IMG/VR virus record: IMGVR_UViG_3300008255_000103
Span: 118,880-138,879 of that record
Strand: one strand, 5' to 3'
DNA: 20,000 nucleotides
Source of the DNA: an uncultured virus (IMG/VR IMGVR_UViG_3300008255_000103)
Taxonomy: Duplodnaviria > Heunggongvirae > Uroviricota > Caudoviricetes
Position 1 is the stretch's first letter. Each line of letters opens with the position of its first letter. The position numbers and the translations under genes are program-made. This document shows, piece by piece, positions 1 to 10,745 of the stretch. The notes under the pieces are model-generated. The model worked only from the letters and a program-made list of their open reading frames with translations, did not search any database and was not told the origin of the DNA.

Positions 1-174
1 TGAAGCACGAATATCTTGCTCTGCTACGCCAGGTATTTGCAGTAAATCTCGTGTTTGATTAAAATTAATAGGATATTGAAAAATTGTAATTGTTTTATTG
101 CGATCTGAAGTAATATTTCTTACTATAAAACAACCGTATCTTTTTAAATAAGGAGCAAATTGATCTACAGTCAT
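1..174 (-). CDS. Hypothetical phage protein, N-terminal part only (runs off the left edge)
   Basis: Not in the ORF track. ATG at 174, preceded by GAGGAG that abuts the stop of the upstream gene. Translates MTVDQFAPYLKRYGCFIVRNITSDRNKTITIFQYPINFNQTRDLLQIPGVAEQDIRAS with no stop before base 1. Confidence 0.75.
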   Translation of the reverse strand, partial: MTVDQFAPYLKRYGCFIVRNITSDRNKTITIFQYPINFNQTRDLLQIPGVAEQDIRAS

Positions 175-178
175 AATC

Positions 179-1054
179 TTACTCCTCTATTGAAATTACA
201 TCATCTTTATCATCATTAGGTTGATCATCTGATATTATTTTTTGATCAGTAGCAGTTTCTTCTGAGCTAGATTTACTAATGGGTTTTTCATTAACAATCT
301 TATCTTTAATGGTAATCATTACAGATCTTTCTACTTCTGGATTATCTTTTGTTGCTTTAACATCAAATAACTTATTAGTTAAATTATCATCTGGAGCGGC
401 TTGTTTCTGATTTGCCATAACAGTAGCTAATGTAGTTAACATCTTATCTACTAAAGTATCATAACTAAATTTAGAAACGTCCATAGGAGTTATTTGCTCA
501 TAATTTTTATCGCCATGAACTAATAGTTCATCCTTTTGTAAAATAGCTTCTTTTAATGTTTCCGGTGACATAGCTAATAAATTATCTGGTGTTAATCTGT
601 AACGTACATACATTAACTCTTCTAAATAATCTAAACTTCCAACTGATGGTTGGGTATCACTATAATCGCCATCTTTAATATTAGTGCGTATACCTTTATC
701 AACAGATGATAACAATACTCTTGTATAACTATCTTGCCAAGCTGGTTGTTTTCCAAATTCTCGTTTTAATTGTGTCAAAACATCAGCTAATTTTGTGAAT
801 GCTTCTAATTTATGAGACATAGATTCTGATAGAAACGCCTCACTTCTATGATAATTTTGCAATCCTCGTCTTGGAATATAATCAGTTTCTTGATTAATTC
901 TTCTTGTATCAAAAGCATTCTTAGTAAAACCAAAACTGTTTGATAAAGAATTTTTACGAATAGAAAACGAACGTCTTCTTTGTGCAATATCATCGGCACT
1001 TTTTATAATGACACAGTATATGTCTAATACATCTAACAATTCCATTTTTACCAT
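179..1054 (-). CDS. Hypothetical phage protein (291 aa; start could be ATG 1045)
   Basis: Long ORF, tightly coupled to the next gene, with an acidic C-terminal tail and K-x-A motifs near the N-terminus (IIKSA, TKNA). No family recognised. Confidence 0.75.
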   Translation of the reverse strand: MVKMELLDVLDIYCVIIKSADDIAQRRRSFSIRKNSLSNSFGFTKNAFDTRRINQETDYIPRRGLQNYHRSEAFLSESMSHKLEAFTKLADVLTQLKREFGKQPAWQDSYTRVLLSSVDKGIRTNIKDGDYSDTQPSVGSLDYLEELMYVRYRLTPDNLLAMSPETLKEAILQKDELLVHGDKNYEQITPMDVSKFSYDTLVDKMLTTLATVMANQKQAAPDDNLTNKLFDVKATKDNPEVERSVMITIKDKIVNEKPISKSSSEETATDQKIISDDQPNDDKDDVISIEE

Positions 1055-1139
1055 ATATTAAGGTTGCAAGTGACATTACAGGCTATTATGATACAGAAAT
1101 ATTACCCAAAGAAATATAATGTAACAAATATTAACGGGC

Positions 1140-1168
1140 TTGACAGGATTTTTTTTTGATATTACATT
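1140..1168 (+). promoter_or_regulatory. Sigma70-type promoter for the CCA-adding enzyme
   Basis: TTGACA at 1140-1145, a 17-bp spacer and TACATT at 1163-1168. The predicted +1 falls at about 1175, the A of the start codon. Confidence 0.65.
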
Positions 1169-1174
1169 TTTACC

Positions 1175-3419
<2,245 letters not shown>

Positions 3420-3448
3420 ATTTAGATTTTAATCAGCGTTCTAATAAA

Positions 3449-4462
3449 TTAGACACCGACTACTACAGACTTACGTCCAGCAGCAACACCACGTGGGTTT
3501 ACGATTGCGATTCCGATGATTTCGGAAACAACCCAACCTAGCTTCAATTGCTTTGGTTCATCAGCTGGCAAGACTTCAATGTCTTGACGGATAGGCATAA
3601 CACCTACGAATTCAGGATCAGCAGCGCCATAAATTGTTCCAGGTGGAACGATCTTGGAAACCATAATATCAGTTCCCCAAATGTGTGCATATAGACCGGT
3701 TTGTAGAACTTCTCTCATTGTGACGGGATCGAAATCTCCGCCGCCTGTGCCCTGTCCACCGCCTGCTCCCCACTTAAGGATATCGGTGAATTCATTAATG
3801 TTCATGAAATACTTGGTAGTCACAAGGTCCCAGCGGTCGATCTGTTGCTTGATTTCAACAAGGTCTCTCTTCAAAAGACCAGCGTCAGCGATGTCAGTCA
3901 ATGTATTTTCGACAGAGGCTGCTGCATCTAATGCTGCGAATACGTTTGCGTCTTCTTGTGCCATCATTTCCTGGCGAGCCTTTTGGACTGCACGGTCAAT
4001 GACGTTGAATCTACGACGCTTTACTTCAGCAATACGTACTGTTGGGTTTGCGTAGATTTCGAATTCAGGAACTACAACACGGTCACCGAATACACGGGAT
4101 TCTGGACCAGTACCGTTGCTGGAAATAACAACAGCGGCTACATCGATATCTCTATCGTAAGTAGGCGTTGCACCTTGTGGCAAAGGATCTACAACCAATG
4201 CTCTACGGGCAATTCCATGGTAGTCTAAGTTTCTGCGGATTGGGTTTGCCATAGCCTGAGCTAAAGCAATCTTTCCGTCTTGAGTCATAATAGCGCGGGA
4301 AATCAATTCATCGCGTCTTTCGTCACTTAATGCAGTTTGTCCAGCCATACCCATATTTGATGGTTGATTCTCTTCGAGAATAGCAGCATATTTAACAAGT
4401 GTTTGAAGGGCATCTTTGAGTGAGCTTGCATTCATTTGCCCACCATTATTAAACATATTCAT
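3449..4462 (-). CDS. Major capsid protein, HK97-type fold
   Basis: 337 aa. HK97-like order: N-arm helix (ALAQAMANPIRRNL), ARRALVVDPLP, E-loop strands, spine helix (VIDRAVQKARQEMMAQEDANVFAAL), GTDIMVSKIVPPG and terminal GIAIVNPRGV. Visibly higher GC and biased codons, GGAGA SD, strong terminator, downstream of a decoration-like gene. Confidence 0.85.
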   Translation of the reverse strand: MNMFNNGGQMNASSLKDALQTLVKYAAILEENQPSNMGMAGQTALSDERRDELISRAIMTQDGKIALAQAMANPIRRNLDYHGIARRALVVDPLPQGATPTYDRDIDVAAVVISSNGTGPESRVFGDRVVVPEFEIYANPTVRIAEVKRRRFNVIDRAVQKARQEMMAQEDANVFAALDAAASVENTLTDIADAGLLKRDLVEIKQQIDRWDLVTTKYFMNINEFTDILKWGAGGGQGTGGGDFDPVTMREVLQTGLYAHIWGTDIMVSKIVPPGTIYGAADPEFVGVMPIRQDIEVLPADEPKQLKLGWVVSEIIGIAIVNPRGVAAGRKSVVVGV

Positions 4463-4468
4463 ATGTTA

Positions 4469-4524
4469 TCTCCACAATTAAAGGAATTGTTTGCCAATTT
4501 CTTAGCAATACACATTATGTGTAT
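4469..4524 (-). promoter_or_regulatory. Structured 5' leader and RBS of the capsid gene (three adjacent hairpins)
   Basis: On the minus strand: ATACACA-TAA-TGTGTAT, TTGCTAA-GAAA-TTGGCAA and ACAATT-CCTTT-AATTGT, immediately followed by GGAGA and ATG. Confidence 0.55.
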
Positions 4525-4625
4525 GATAAAATATGATAATATTAGCTTTTTTAGAAAAAAAAAATACTGCACTTACTATACATATTATGATATAGTATAA
4601 TCTGCATCTTAATTTGGAAATAATT

Positions 4626-5765
4626 ATGAATTTAATTGGTAAAAAATTTAATAAATTAACAGTAATATCTAAGGCTGATAGTATTTTAGGCGGACAAAAA
4701 ATAAAAAGATATTGGGGTGCATGGAATTGTCAATGTGATTGTGGAAATGTAATTATTGTAAAAACTATTGATTTAAATAGAGGTAGTGTTAAGTCTTGTG
4801 GATGTTTGTATAAATTACACGGCAAATCATATAAACCAGGACAAAAATTTAATAGGTTAACATTAATATCATATAAAAAAGGTAAATGGTTATGTTTGTG
4901 TGATTGTGGTAATCATATTGAAGTATTAACTGAAAATATAAAAAGAAATACCAAATCTTGTGGATGTTTAAAATCAGAAATATCATCAAATAATTCTATA
5001 AAATTAATATCTGGAAGGCGTAAATTTGAACCAAAAATTGCATCTGCTAGAAGAATTTGGAAAAATTATTGTTATAAAGATAAATTATGTAATATTACAT
5101 TTGAACAATTTCTAGTAATATCTAAAGAAAATTGTATTTACTGTGGCACTTCTCCAAATACTCAATATAATTATTTCAATACTTTATCAAGCAATAGTTC
5201 ACAAAAATCAAAAAATGAAGGATTATTTATTTATAACGGATTAGATCGTATTGATAATACAAAACCACATACACTAAATAATAGTGTTCCATGCTGCCAA
5301 ATATGTAATAGAGCCAAAAATAATAGGTCTGTCATTGATTTTTTATCATGGGTTAACTTATTAAAAATTAATTCATTTGAACAACTAAAAATAATTCCAA
5401 TTCAGCTACCCAAAATATCTCTATCTATAAAATGTATTTATAACTCTGGATATAATGATGGAGATTTAAAAATAGAAGAATTCTATTTTTTATCTCAACA
5501 ACAATGTTATTACTGTGGTTCCTATCCACAAAATATCTTTAATAAAGCAAAAAATGATAAAAAATCATCTCAATATGCAAAAGATAATGGTAATTTTATT
5601 TATAATGGGCTAGATCGTATTGATAATACAAAGCCACATAATAAAAATAATGTTGTACCTTGCTGTAAATACTGTAATTTTACAAAAAGCAAACTCATAT
5701 TAATAGAATTTCAAATTTGGATTAATAAAATTCAGCAATATCAAAAAGAAAAGCACGGCTATTAA
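4626..5765 (+). CDS. Free-standing HNH-type homing endonuclease with duplicated DNA-binding and nuclease domains
   Basis: Two G.KFN.LT.I...W.C.CDCGN...KSCGCL modules, then two C.YCG..P...YNGLDRIDNTKPH..N..VPCC..CN..K modules. Very AT-rich and antisense to the operon. ATG 4626 has an upstream GGA and TATAAT at 4596-4601. Confidence 0.85.
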   Translation: MNLIGKKFNKLTVISKADSILGGQKIKRYWGAWNCQCDCGNVIIVKTIDLNRGSVKSCGCLYKLHGKSYKPGQKFNRLTLISYKKGKWLCLCDCGNHIEVLTENIKRNTKSCGCLKSEISSNNSIKLISGRRKFEPKIASARRIWKNYCYKDKLCNITFEQFLVISKENCIYCGTSPNTQYNYFNTLSSNSSQKSKNEGLFIYNGLDRIDNTKPHTLNNSVPCCQICNRAKNNRSVIDFLSWVNLLKINSFEQLKIIPIQLPKISLSIKCIYNSGYNDGDLKIEEFYFLSQQQCYYCGSYPQNIFNKAKNDKKSSQYAKDNGNFIYNGLDRIDNTKPHNKNNVVPCCKYCNFTKSKLILIEFQIWINKIQQYQKEKHGY

Positions 5766-5777
5766 GCCGTGCTTTTT
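5749..5777. terminator. Bidirectional intrinsic terminator between the convergent HNH and decoration genes
   Basis: aaaagcacggct-atta-agccgtgctttt, a 12-bp stem overlapping the HNH stop codon. Confidence 0.85.
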
Positions 5778-5807
5778 AGATTATTCAATCAAAGATTATT
5801 CAATCAA
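5778..5807. repeat. Exact 15-bp tandem duplication
   Basis: agattattcaatcaa occurs at 5778-5792 and 5793-5807. Confidence 0.9.
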
Positions 5808-6473
5808 TTAGAACTGTGGATTGAAGTGGAATACTGCCCATGCATAAGTTCTAGTACCAAGAGCCGAAGCTAAGTAATTTGGAGTATTTACCAAAGAACC
5901 ATTGGTTTCGAAGCTTACAAAGTGACCGACTACGATTGTGTTACCACCAGCAGCAGTACTTCCAACTGGAGTTAACTTTCCACCTACGGTTGCGGATGCT
6001 GGTACCCAAGTTAATGAAGTTCCAGTATCAAGAGCTGCATTTCCAGGGACTAAGCCGTCTGCTGCTTGGTCACAAGCTGCATCTAAGGTTACTGCATAAA
6101 GTCCTGGCTTATCCCAAAGAGTGACTTTGCCAGATCCAGTAGCGGTGTGAGGACCTAAGACTGCGCCACCAGTTGCTACTTGACCAACTGTTCCACCGAC
6201 TACAGATCCAAATAGAGTTCCATATCCAGTGATACCATCATCAGCTAACATCAATGGACGAGCAGAGGTTGCTACGTTACGAGTAACAACAACTCTCTTT
6301 AAAGAATTAACATATCCATCAAATACATCATAAGCAGCTTTATCAGTTGCAGAAGTTGCGACAACAGATGCAAAAGTAACGACTTCGCCGCCCATAAGGG
6401 TTAATACTTCTGTATCAAGTCCATCGAACTGACCTAATGGTTGAACACCCGGTTGTAAAAGTTTTAGAGCCAT
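5808..6473 (-). CDS. Putative head decoration/cement protein (paralog B)
   Basis: 221 aa, Gly/Ala/Thr/Val-rich beta protein, the nearest same-strand gene upstream of the MCP. Carries T.GSGKVTLW, AGGA SD and its own terminator. Confidence 0.65.
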   Translation of the reverse strand: MALKLLQPGVQPLGQFDGLDTEVLTLMGGEVVTFASVVATSATDKAAYDVFDGYVNSLKRVVVTRNVATSARPLMLADDGITGYGTLFGSVVGGTVGQVATGGAVLGPHTATGSGKVTLWDKPGLYAVTLDAACDQAADGLVPGNAALDTGTSLTWVPASATVGGKLTPVGSTAAGGNTIVVGHFVSFETNGSLVNTPNYLASALGTRTYAWAVFHFNPQF

Positions 6474-6680
6474 TTTGTTTTCCTATAATCTCTAATGCTG
6501 TTAAAAACAGCATCGTTACTTACACCTTAAACTTACTAAATATAACATATATTTTTTTATGCCCATATAACAAACGATTATTTAATTAATGTACTGGATT
6601 AAAGTGAAAAACCATATATTCATAAGTTTTTATGCTTGATAATGAAGATAACGTATATTTTTATGCCTATGGATATACTG

Positions 6681-7958
6681 TTATAGTGCGAATTTTAGTC
6701 CACTAAGCTCTTCTTCTAATTTACTAGCCATTTCTTCTGTAGATTTTCGTACAGATTCTGGTGTTTTTTCTGGCATTGGACCTGCGCCTTCAGGAACTGT
6801 AGAAGGTTCATTTATAATAGTATTATTCTCTGTAGCAGCCTTATCAATTTGTCTTTTTGCATTTGCTTCAATACTTTTAGCACGATATAATATAATAAGT
6901 ATATATTGAAGTGATGCTTTATATGGAGGAAATGCTCTTACTATATCTTCAAAATCATTAGCAATTAATCCTTTACCACCCTCTAATATTTGTGTCTTAT
7001 CAACAAATTTGTTCAAATACCCCTTATCTTCTATTTGTTCTGCTTGATAAGTTTGTGAACTTAAATTTTCTGTAGCTTGATTTATTAATGTAGCATTTTC
7101 ATCAACTACCGTTTTAAATAGCTCATAAGACCTTATTACAATTGAACTTTCAGGCGATTTAGCTAATTGCAATAATTCACTAGCCGTTCTAGTTCTTTGT
7201 AATGTATTGATAACTGGTACAATTTTTTCATAAGTATCATAAATGTCCATTACATGTTTTCTAAGCTTTCGCATTTCTTCCAAAAAATTACTACTATAAG
7301 TTGTACCAGTAAATAATCCAGCCGAATCATTTAAAATATCATCAATTTCAGCAATTAATTTCTTATTGTTTCCTCTAAAACCTTCATTAATAAATGGAAG
7401 TTTCTGCTGTATATAAAGTGCTCCTAAAGTTGCAGCAATAGTTCCAGCTACTAACAAAAAGGGAAACGCAGCAGTAGAAATCAACTCAGCTTTTTTTTTT
7501 AAGCTGGCTGTTTGTTCTAAACAAACATCAGCAAGAATACGTAATTCTTCTTTGTTTTGATTATCTAAATCATTACCTAATCTAACTAACGACAATAATA
7601 ATTGCTGCTCAGCATATTTTCTTTGTGTTACATGACCATCAGGCATCTTCTGAACAATATTCATTAAAATATCTTGTCTTTCATTTAAATTCTCAACAAG
7701 ACCATTTAATTTATCATATGATGGTGAAACGACTACTGCATTTGGATGAGCATCTTCAATAATATTTCTCTTATACTCCATATCTTTAGGAGTATCTGGT
7801 TTAATACCATATAGTGCTTCAATTGCAGAAATATCTAAAGAATCAATCCTTGGATCATCCTCTAACTTCCTTCTGATTTCATCGGGATCAGCCTTTGAAA
7901 TTAAGCCCCTCTCTTGGGCAATTTTAGCAAATTCTTCAAAAATGTCGCTATGTCTCAT
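6681..7958 (-). CDS. Putative internal head/ejection protein with AHP box and a hydrophobic segment
   Basis: About 425 aa (ATG 7958 preferred over GTG 7970). Contains EDAHPNA...KMPDG, the helix LVRLGNDLDNQ and hydrophobic FPFLLVAGTIAATLGALYI after KKKA. Confidence 0.7.
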   Translation of the reverse strand: MRHSDIFEEFAKIAQERGLISKADPDEIRRKLEDDPRIDSLDISAIEALYGIKPDTPKDMEYKRNIIEDAHPNAVVVSPSYDKLNGLVENLNERQDILMNIVQKMPDGHVTQRKYAEQQLLLSLVRLGNDLDNQNKEELRILADVCLEQTASLKKKAELISTAAFPFLLVAGTIAATLGALYIQQKLPFINEGFRGNNKKLIAEIDDILNDSAGLFTGTTYSSNFLEEMRKLRKHVMDIYDTYEKIVPVINTLQRTRTASELLQLAKSPESSIVIRSYELFKTVVDENATLINQATENLSSQTYQAEQIEDKGYLNKFVDKTQILEGGKGLIANDFEDIVRAFPPYKASLQYILIILYRAKSIEANAKRQIDKAATENNTIINEPSTVPEGAGPMPEKTPESVRKSTEEMASKLEEELSGLKFAL

Positions 7959-8010
7959 TATTTGGCTCACAGTGGGGGTAATTTATTTATATGCTTTCAT
8001 ATGCCGTTGA

Positions 8011-9108
8011 TTATGGTACTTTTTTTGCAAGATCATCAATGAACATATCTACAATTTGTTTTTTGCTGACGAAGTTGTTGGGTAAATAGACAGTATTTGA
8101 ACCTTCAGCAGTCTTATTAATATCAGTAATTGTAAACACAATTTCTTGAAATGTAGGTAAATTTTTCATTAATGATTCTAATCCATCTAAACCGCTATAA
8201 ACTTGTTTAGCAAATTTAACTAACATATCACTAATACCATTAATATTATTTGTGGCAGCTTCTGTCCAAATAGAATCTCCAGTATGTCTAATATCTTGAT
8301 AACCAGAATTTAATTTAAATTTTGTTTGTGTAGAAACATATGCTGAAACTGGTGCTGTTGGAGTTTTACTTGAAAAGAATCCGCCACCACTATCACCTTT
8401 ACCTTTACCTGGATTAACGAATTCATTAATTGTTTCTCCAGCTATAATAAAACCAACAGATGATAATGCAATCTTAAATATTATTCCTAAAAACTTAATA
8501 AGAACAGAAAGTACTTTTCCTTGTAATAATTTAAATGTTAAACCACCTAACCAAGCTCTTTTATCTAATGTTCCTTCTTGAAATTCAATTATAGCTAACT
8601 TAACAATTCTAGCATCTCTCATCTGTTTTCTAACATCATAAGAAGCGCTCTTATTTTTCTCTAACTTATCAAGGACTGCTTTTTCATCTGCATCAGTTAC
8701 TGGTGTATAATTTGCACTAACAGCATTACTAACTGCAGAATCAACTTGTTGTGAAGTGGTCTGTTTTCCGCCAGTAATTATTCCTTTAATAGTCTCATAA
8801 ATAGACATTAACATTCCACCAACATTAACTTTAAATACTTGTTGTGCTAAAGCTAATAATGCACCAATCCAGGGTGCTCCCAATGCAGAAAATAATATGC
8901 TTATTGCGCCAGGAGCAATTAAATTAAGTATACTTGCTTCTTTATTATTAGGATCTATTTTTGATACGAAATAATCTTTAATTTTCCCCATTAAAGATAT
9001 AATTGTATCACCAACTCCCGCCTCTTTAATAATTGAGGGATTGTCTAATAATGACTCAACAACCATCATATCAACATAAAGTTTTATTTCGCTATTATCT
9101 ATAGTCAT
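8011..9108 (-). CDS. Putative virion protein with two hydrophobic/membrane-interacting regions
   Basis: 365 aa with AAGG SD. Hydrophobic stretches LIAPGAISILFSALGAPWIGALLALA and VLSVLIKFLGIIFKIALSSVGFIIAG. Confidence 0.7.
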   Translation of the reverse strand: MTIDNSEIKLYVDMMVVESLLDNPSIIKEAGVGDTIISLMGKIKDYFVSKIDPNNKEASILNLIAPGAISILFSALGAPWIGALLALAQQVFKVNVGGMLMSIYETIKGIITGGKQTTSQQVDSAVSNAVSANYTPVTDADEKAVLDKLEKNKSASYDVRKQMRDARIVKLAIIEFQEGTLDKRAWLGGLTFKLLQGKVLSVLIKFLGIIFKIALSSVGFIIAGETINEFVNPGKGKGDSGGGFFSSKTPTAPVSAYVSTQTKFKLNSGYQDIRHTGDSIWTEAATNNINGISDMLVKFAKQVYSGLDGLESLMKNLPTFQEIVFTITDINKTAEGSNTVYLPNNFVSKKQIVDMFIDDLAKKVP

Positions 9109-9117
9109 TATAACCTT

Positions 9118-10734
9118 TTATCTTCTACTACTAAGTTTTTGCTCGGTAGCAAACTGCCAACGTCCTACAGATGCAGCATTATCTCTGGTAAATTGTTGTA
9201 ATTGCTGATTAACTAATGTCTTAAACTTTGGATTCGTATCAATTATATATCCATAAGTACCATATAAAGCGCCTATAACATTTGATGTTGTAGAAACTAA
9301 TTGTCTTAAGTTATCACAGAAAACCATCATTCCACTCCAACCATTTTTCAACATTTGTGAAGTTAGTTGTGCATTCTGAGTTAAATTAATATATGGATAA
9401 GTATTATTCATTATTTGGTGTTGAAGAATATCTATAATCTTAAGAGCATCGGCAGCTGCACGTATACCCATACTTCCGCCACCACCAGCAACACTTGTAT
9501 CAAAATTAGCATACATCTTTATAAACTGTTGTATCTTAGTAAAGTTTATTGCATTTGGTTCAAGTGGTAATGAAGTTAATAAACTAGTCAATGCATTTCT
9601 TTGTGCAACACTCATTCCTCCTGCACCACCAGCCCCAGCACCAGCACCAGTATCTCCAGTAGCTCCAGTAGCTCCAGTTGCTCCGGTTGCTCCAGTTCCA
9701 GTTACGCCAGTTAATGAACAATTAGCTTGCGTTCTAGAATCTCTTAATTGAGGACCAAATTCTTTAATTGCTTGCAAATAACGAACTGCCATTTTTTCAT
9801 ATTCAGGTTGCCTTTCTACATGGGCAGAAGCAACACTACTTAACATCATGGCTCTATTATACAAAATACGAACTGCTAAACAAGGATCCCCCTCATTTGG
9901 ATCCATAACATCATAAGCTTTTGTTTCATTTGGCTTTTTTATTTGCATTCCATATAGCCATCTTATAAGTGCTCCAAGATTTTCTAAATTACCCATAGTA
10001 AGTTTAACTGGAGTATCTCTAAAATCTGGCACAGAAGATAATCCTCTGGTATCTCTACCATTAGCATCAGGAATTAATACACTATCTGGGAATGCATCTA
10101 CTACCAAATTAGGATCTATATCCGGTGTTTTGCCTTCAGGAGCCACCTTAACTTCTTGCTTTTCACCTTGTGGTAAGCTTCTATTTAATTCACCTATAAG
10201 ATTTTTTACTACAATTTCAAAAGGCTTAGAGTCTTTAGAATTTGGAACTGCAACATCTCTAAGATAACTTAAATAACCAATAAGTGCATCTTTATCTGCA
10301 TAAGCCAACTTCTTTAATGGTTGTCCTTTAGCATCTCTTTTATTTAAATCAGCATCTAAACTTTCAAACGTCCAAGCATCTTGAGGTCTATTAGTGTCAG
10401 TGCTTAACCAAGCAATTCTTTTACCATTCCATTTTACTTGACTTCTTGCTGCCCACTCTAAAAAGTGACCTAGAGTACGACCATCAGCCATTGTAAAATT
10501 CGCTGGAGCACCAGATTCAGTGCTTATAGGAACTACCTTGGGTGGTGCTTTAGGATCTTTTAGATTCCTTTGCATATTTGTTCCAAGAGCTTTTGCCAAC
10601 TCAAATACTCTTACTTGATGATCATAAGCTGGATTAGAAGCCACTGGAGTATCAGGTGCGGCAAATTTTTGGTTAAAATCAACGCCAGCATTGATTAACG
10701 AATTAATTAGTTCTGTGTTATCAAAAATAGACAT
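9118..10734 (-). CDS. Hypothetical virion-module protein with a GAT/Gly-Ala linker
   Basis: 538 aa with AGGA SD and N-terminal NQKFA. The linker [29 protein letters not shown] separates two domains. Confidence 0.75.
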   Translation of the reverse strand: MSIFDNTELINSLINAGVDFNQKFAAPDTPVASNPAYDHQVRVFELAKALGTNMQRNLKDPKAPPKVVPISTESGAPANFTMADGRTLGHFLEWAARSQVKWNGKRIAWLSTDTNRPQDAWTFESLDADLNKRDAKGQPLKKLAYADKDALIGYLSYLRDVAVPNSKDSKPFEIVVKNLIGELNRSLPQGEKQEVKVAPEGKTPDIDPNLVVDAFPDSVLIPDANGRDTRGLSSVPDFRDTPVKLTMGNLENLGALIRWLYGMQIKKPNETKAYDVMDPNEGDPCLAVRILYNRAMMLSSVASAHVERQPEYEKMAVRYLQAIKEFGPQLRDSRTQANCSLTGVTGTGATGATGATGATGDTGAGAGAGGAGGMSVAQRNALTSLLTSLPLEPNAINFTKIQQFIKMYANFDTSVAGGGGSMGIRAAADALKIIDILQHQIMNNTYPYINLTQNAQLTSQMLKNGWSGMMVFCDNLRQLVSTTSNVIGALYGTYGYIIDTNPKFKTLVNQQLQQFTRDNAASVGRWQFATEQKLSSRR

Positions 10735-10745
10735 ATTGATCCTAC

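Noticed and set aside
3654..4228. Plus-strand ORFs of 133 and 90 aa
   Set aside because: Antisense shadows of the capsid gene arising from its codon bias; no RBS or recognisable motifs.
3449..4462. Cellular encapsulin locus
   Set aside because: The context (decoration-like genes, scaffold, homing endonucleases, no cargo enzyme or housekeeping genes) points to a viral capsid.
6474..6680. tRNA or known ncRNA in the largest intergenic gap
   Set aside because: Very AT-rich, with no cloverleaf or T-loop motif; only one short hairpin and the GCATAAAAA repeats reported above.
7491..7500. A10 run (coding strand) as a programmed frameshift or phase-variation site
   Set aside because: The ORF is intact through it (LKKKA), I saw no useful alternative-frame product, and such runs are expected at this AT content.
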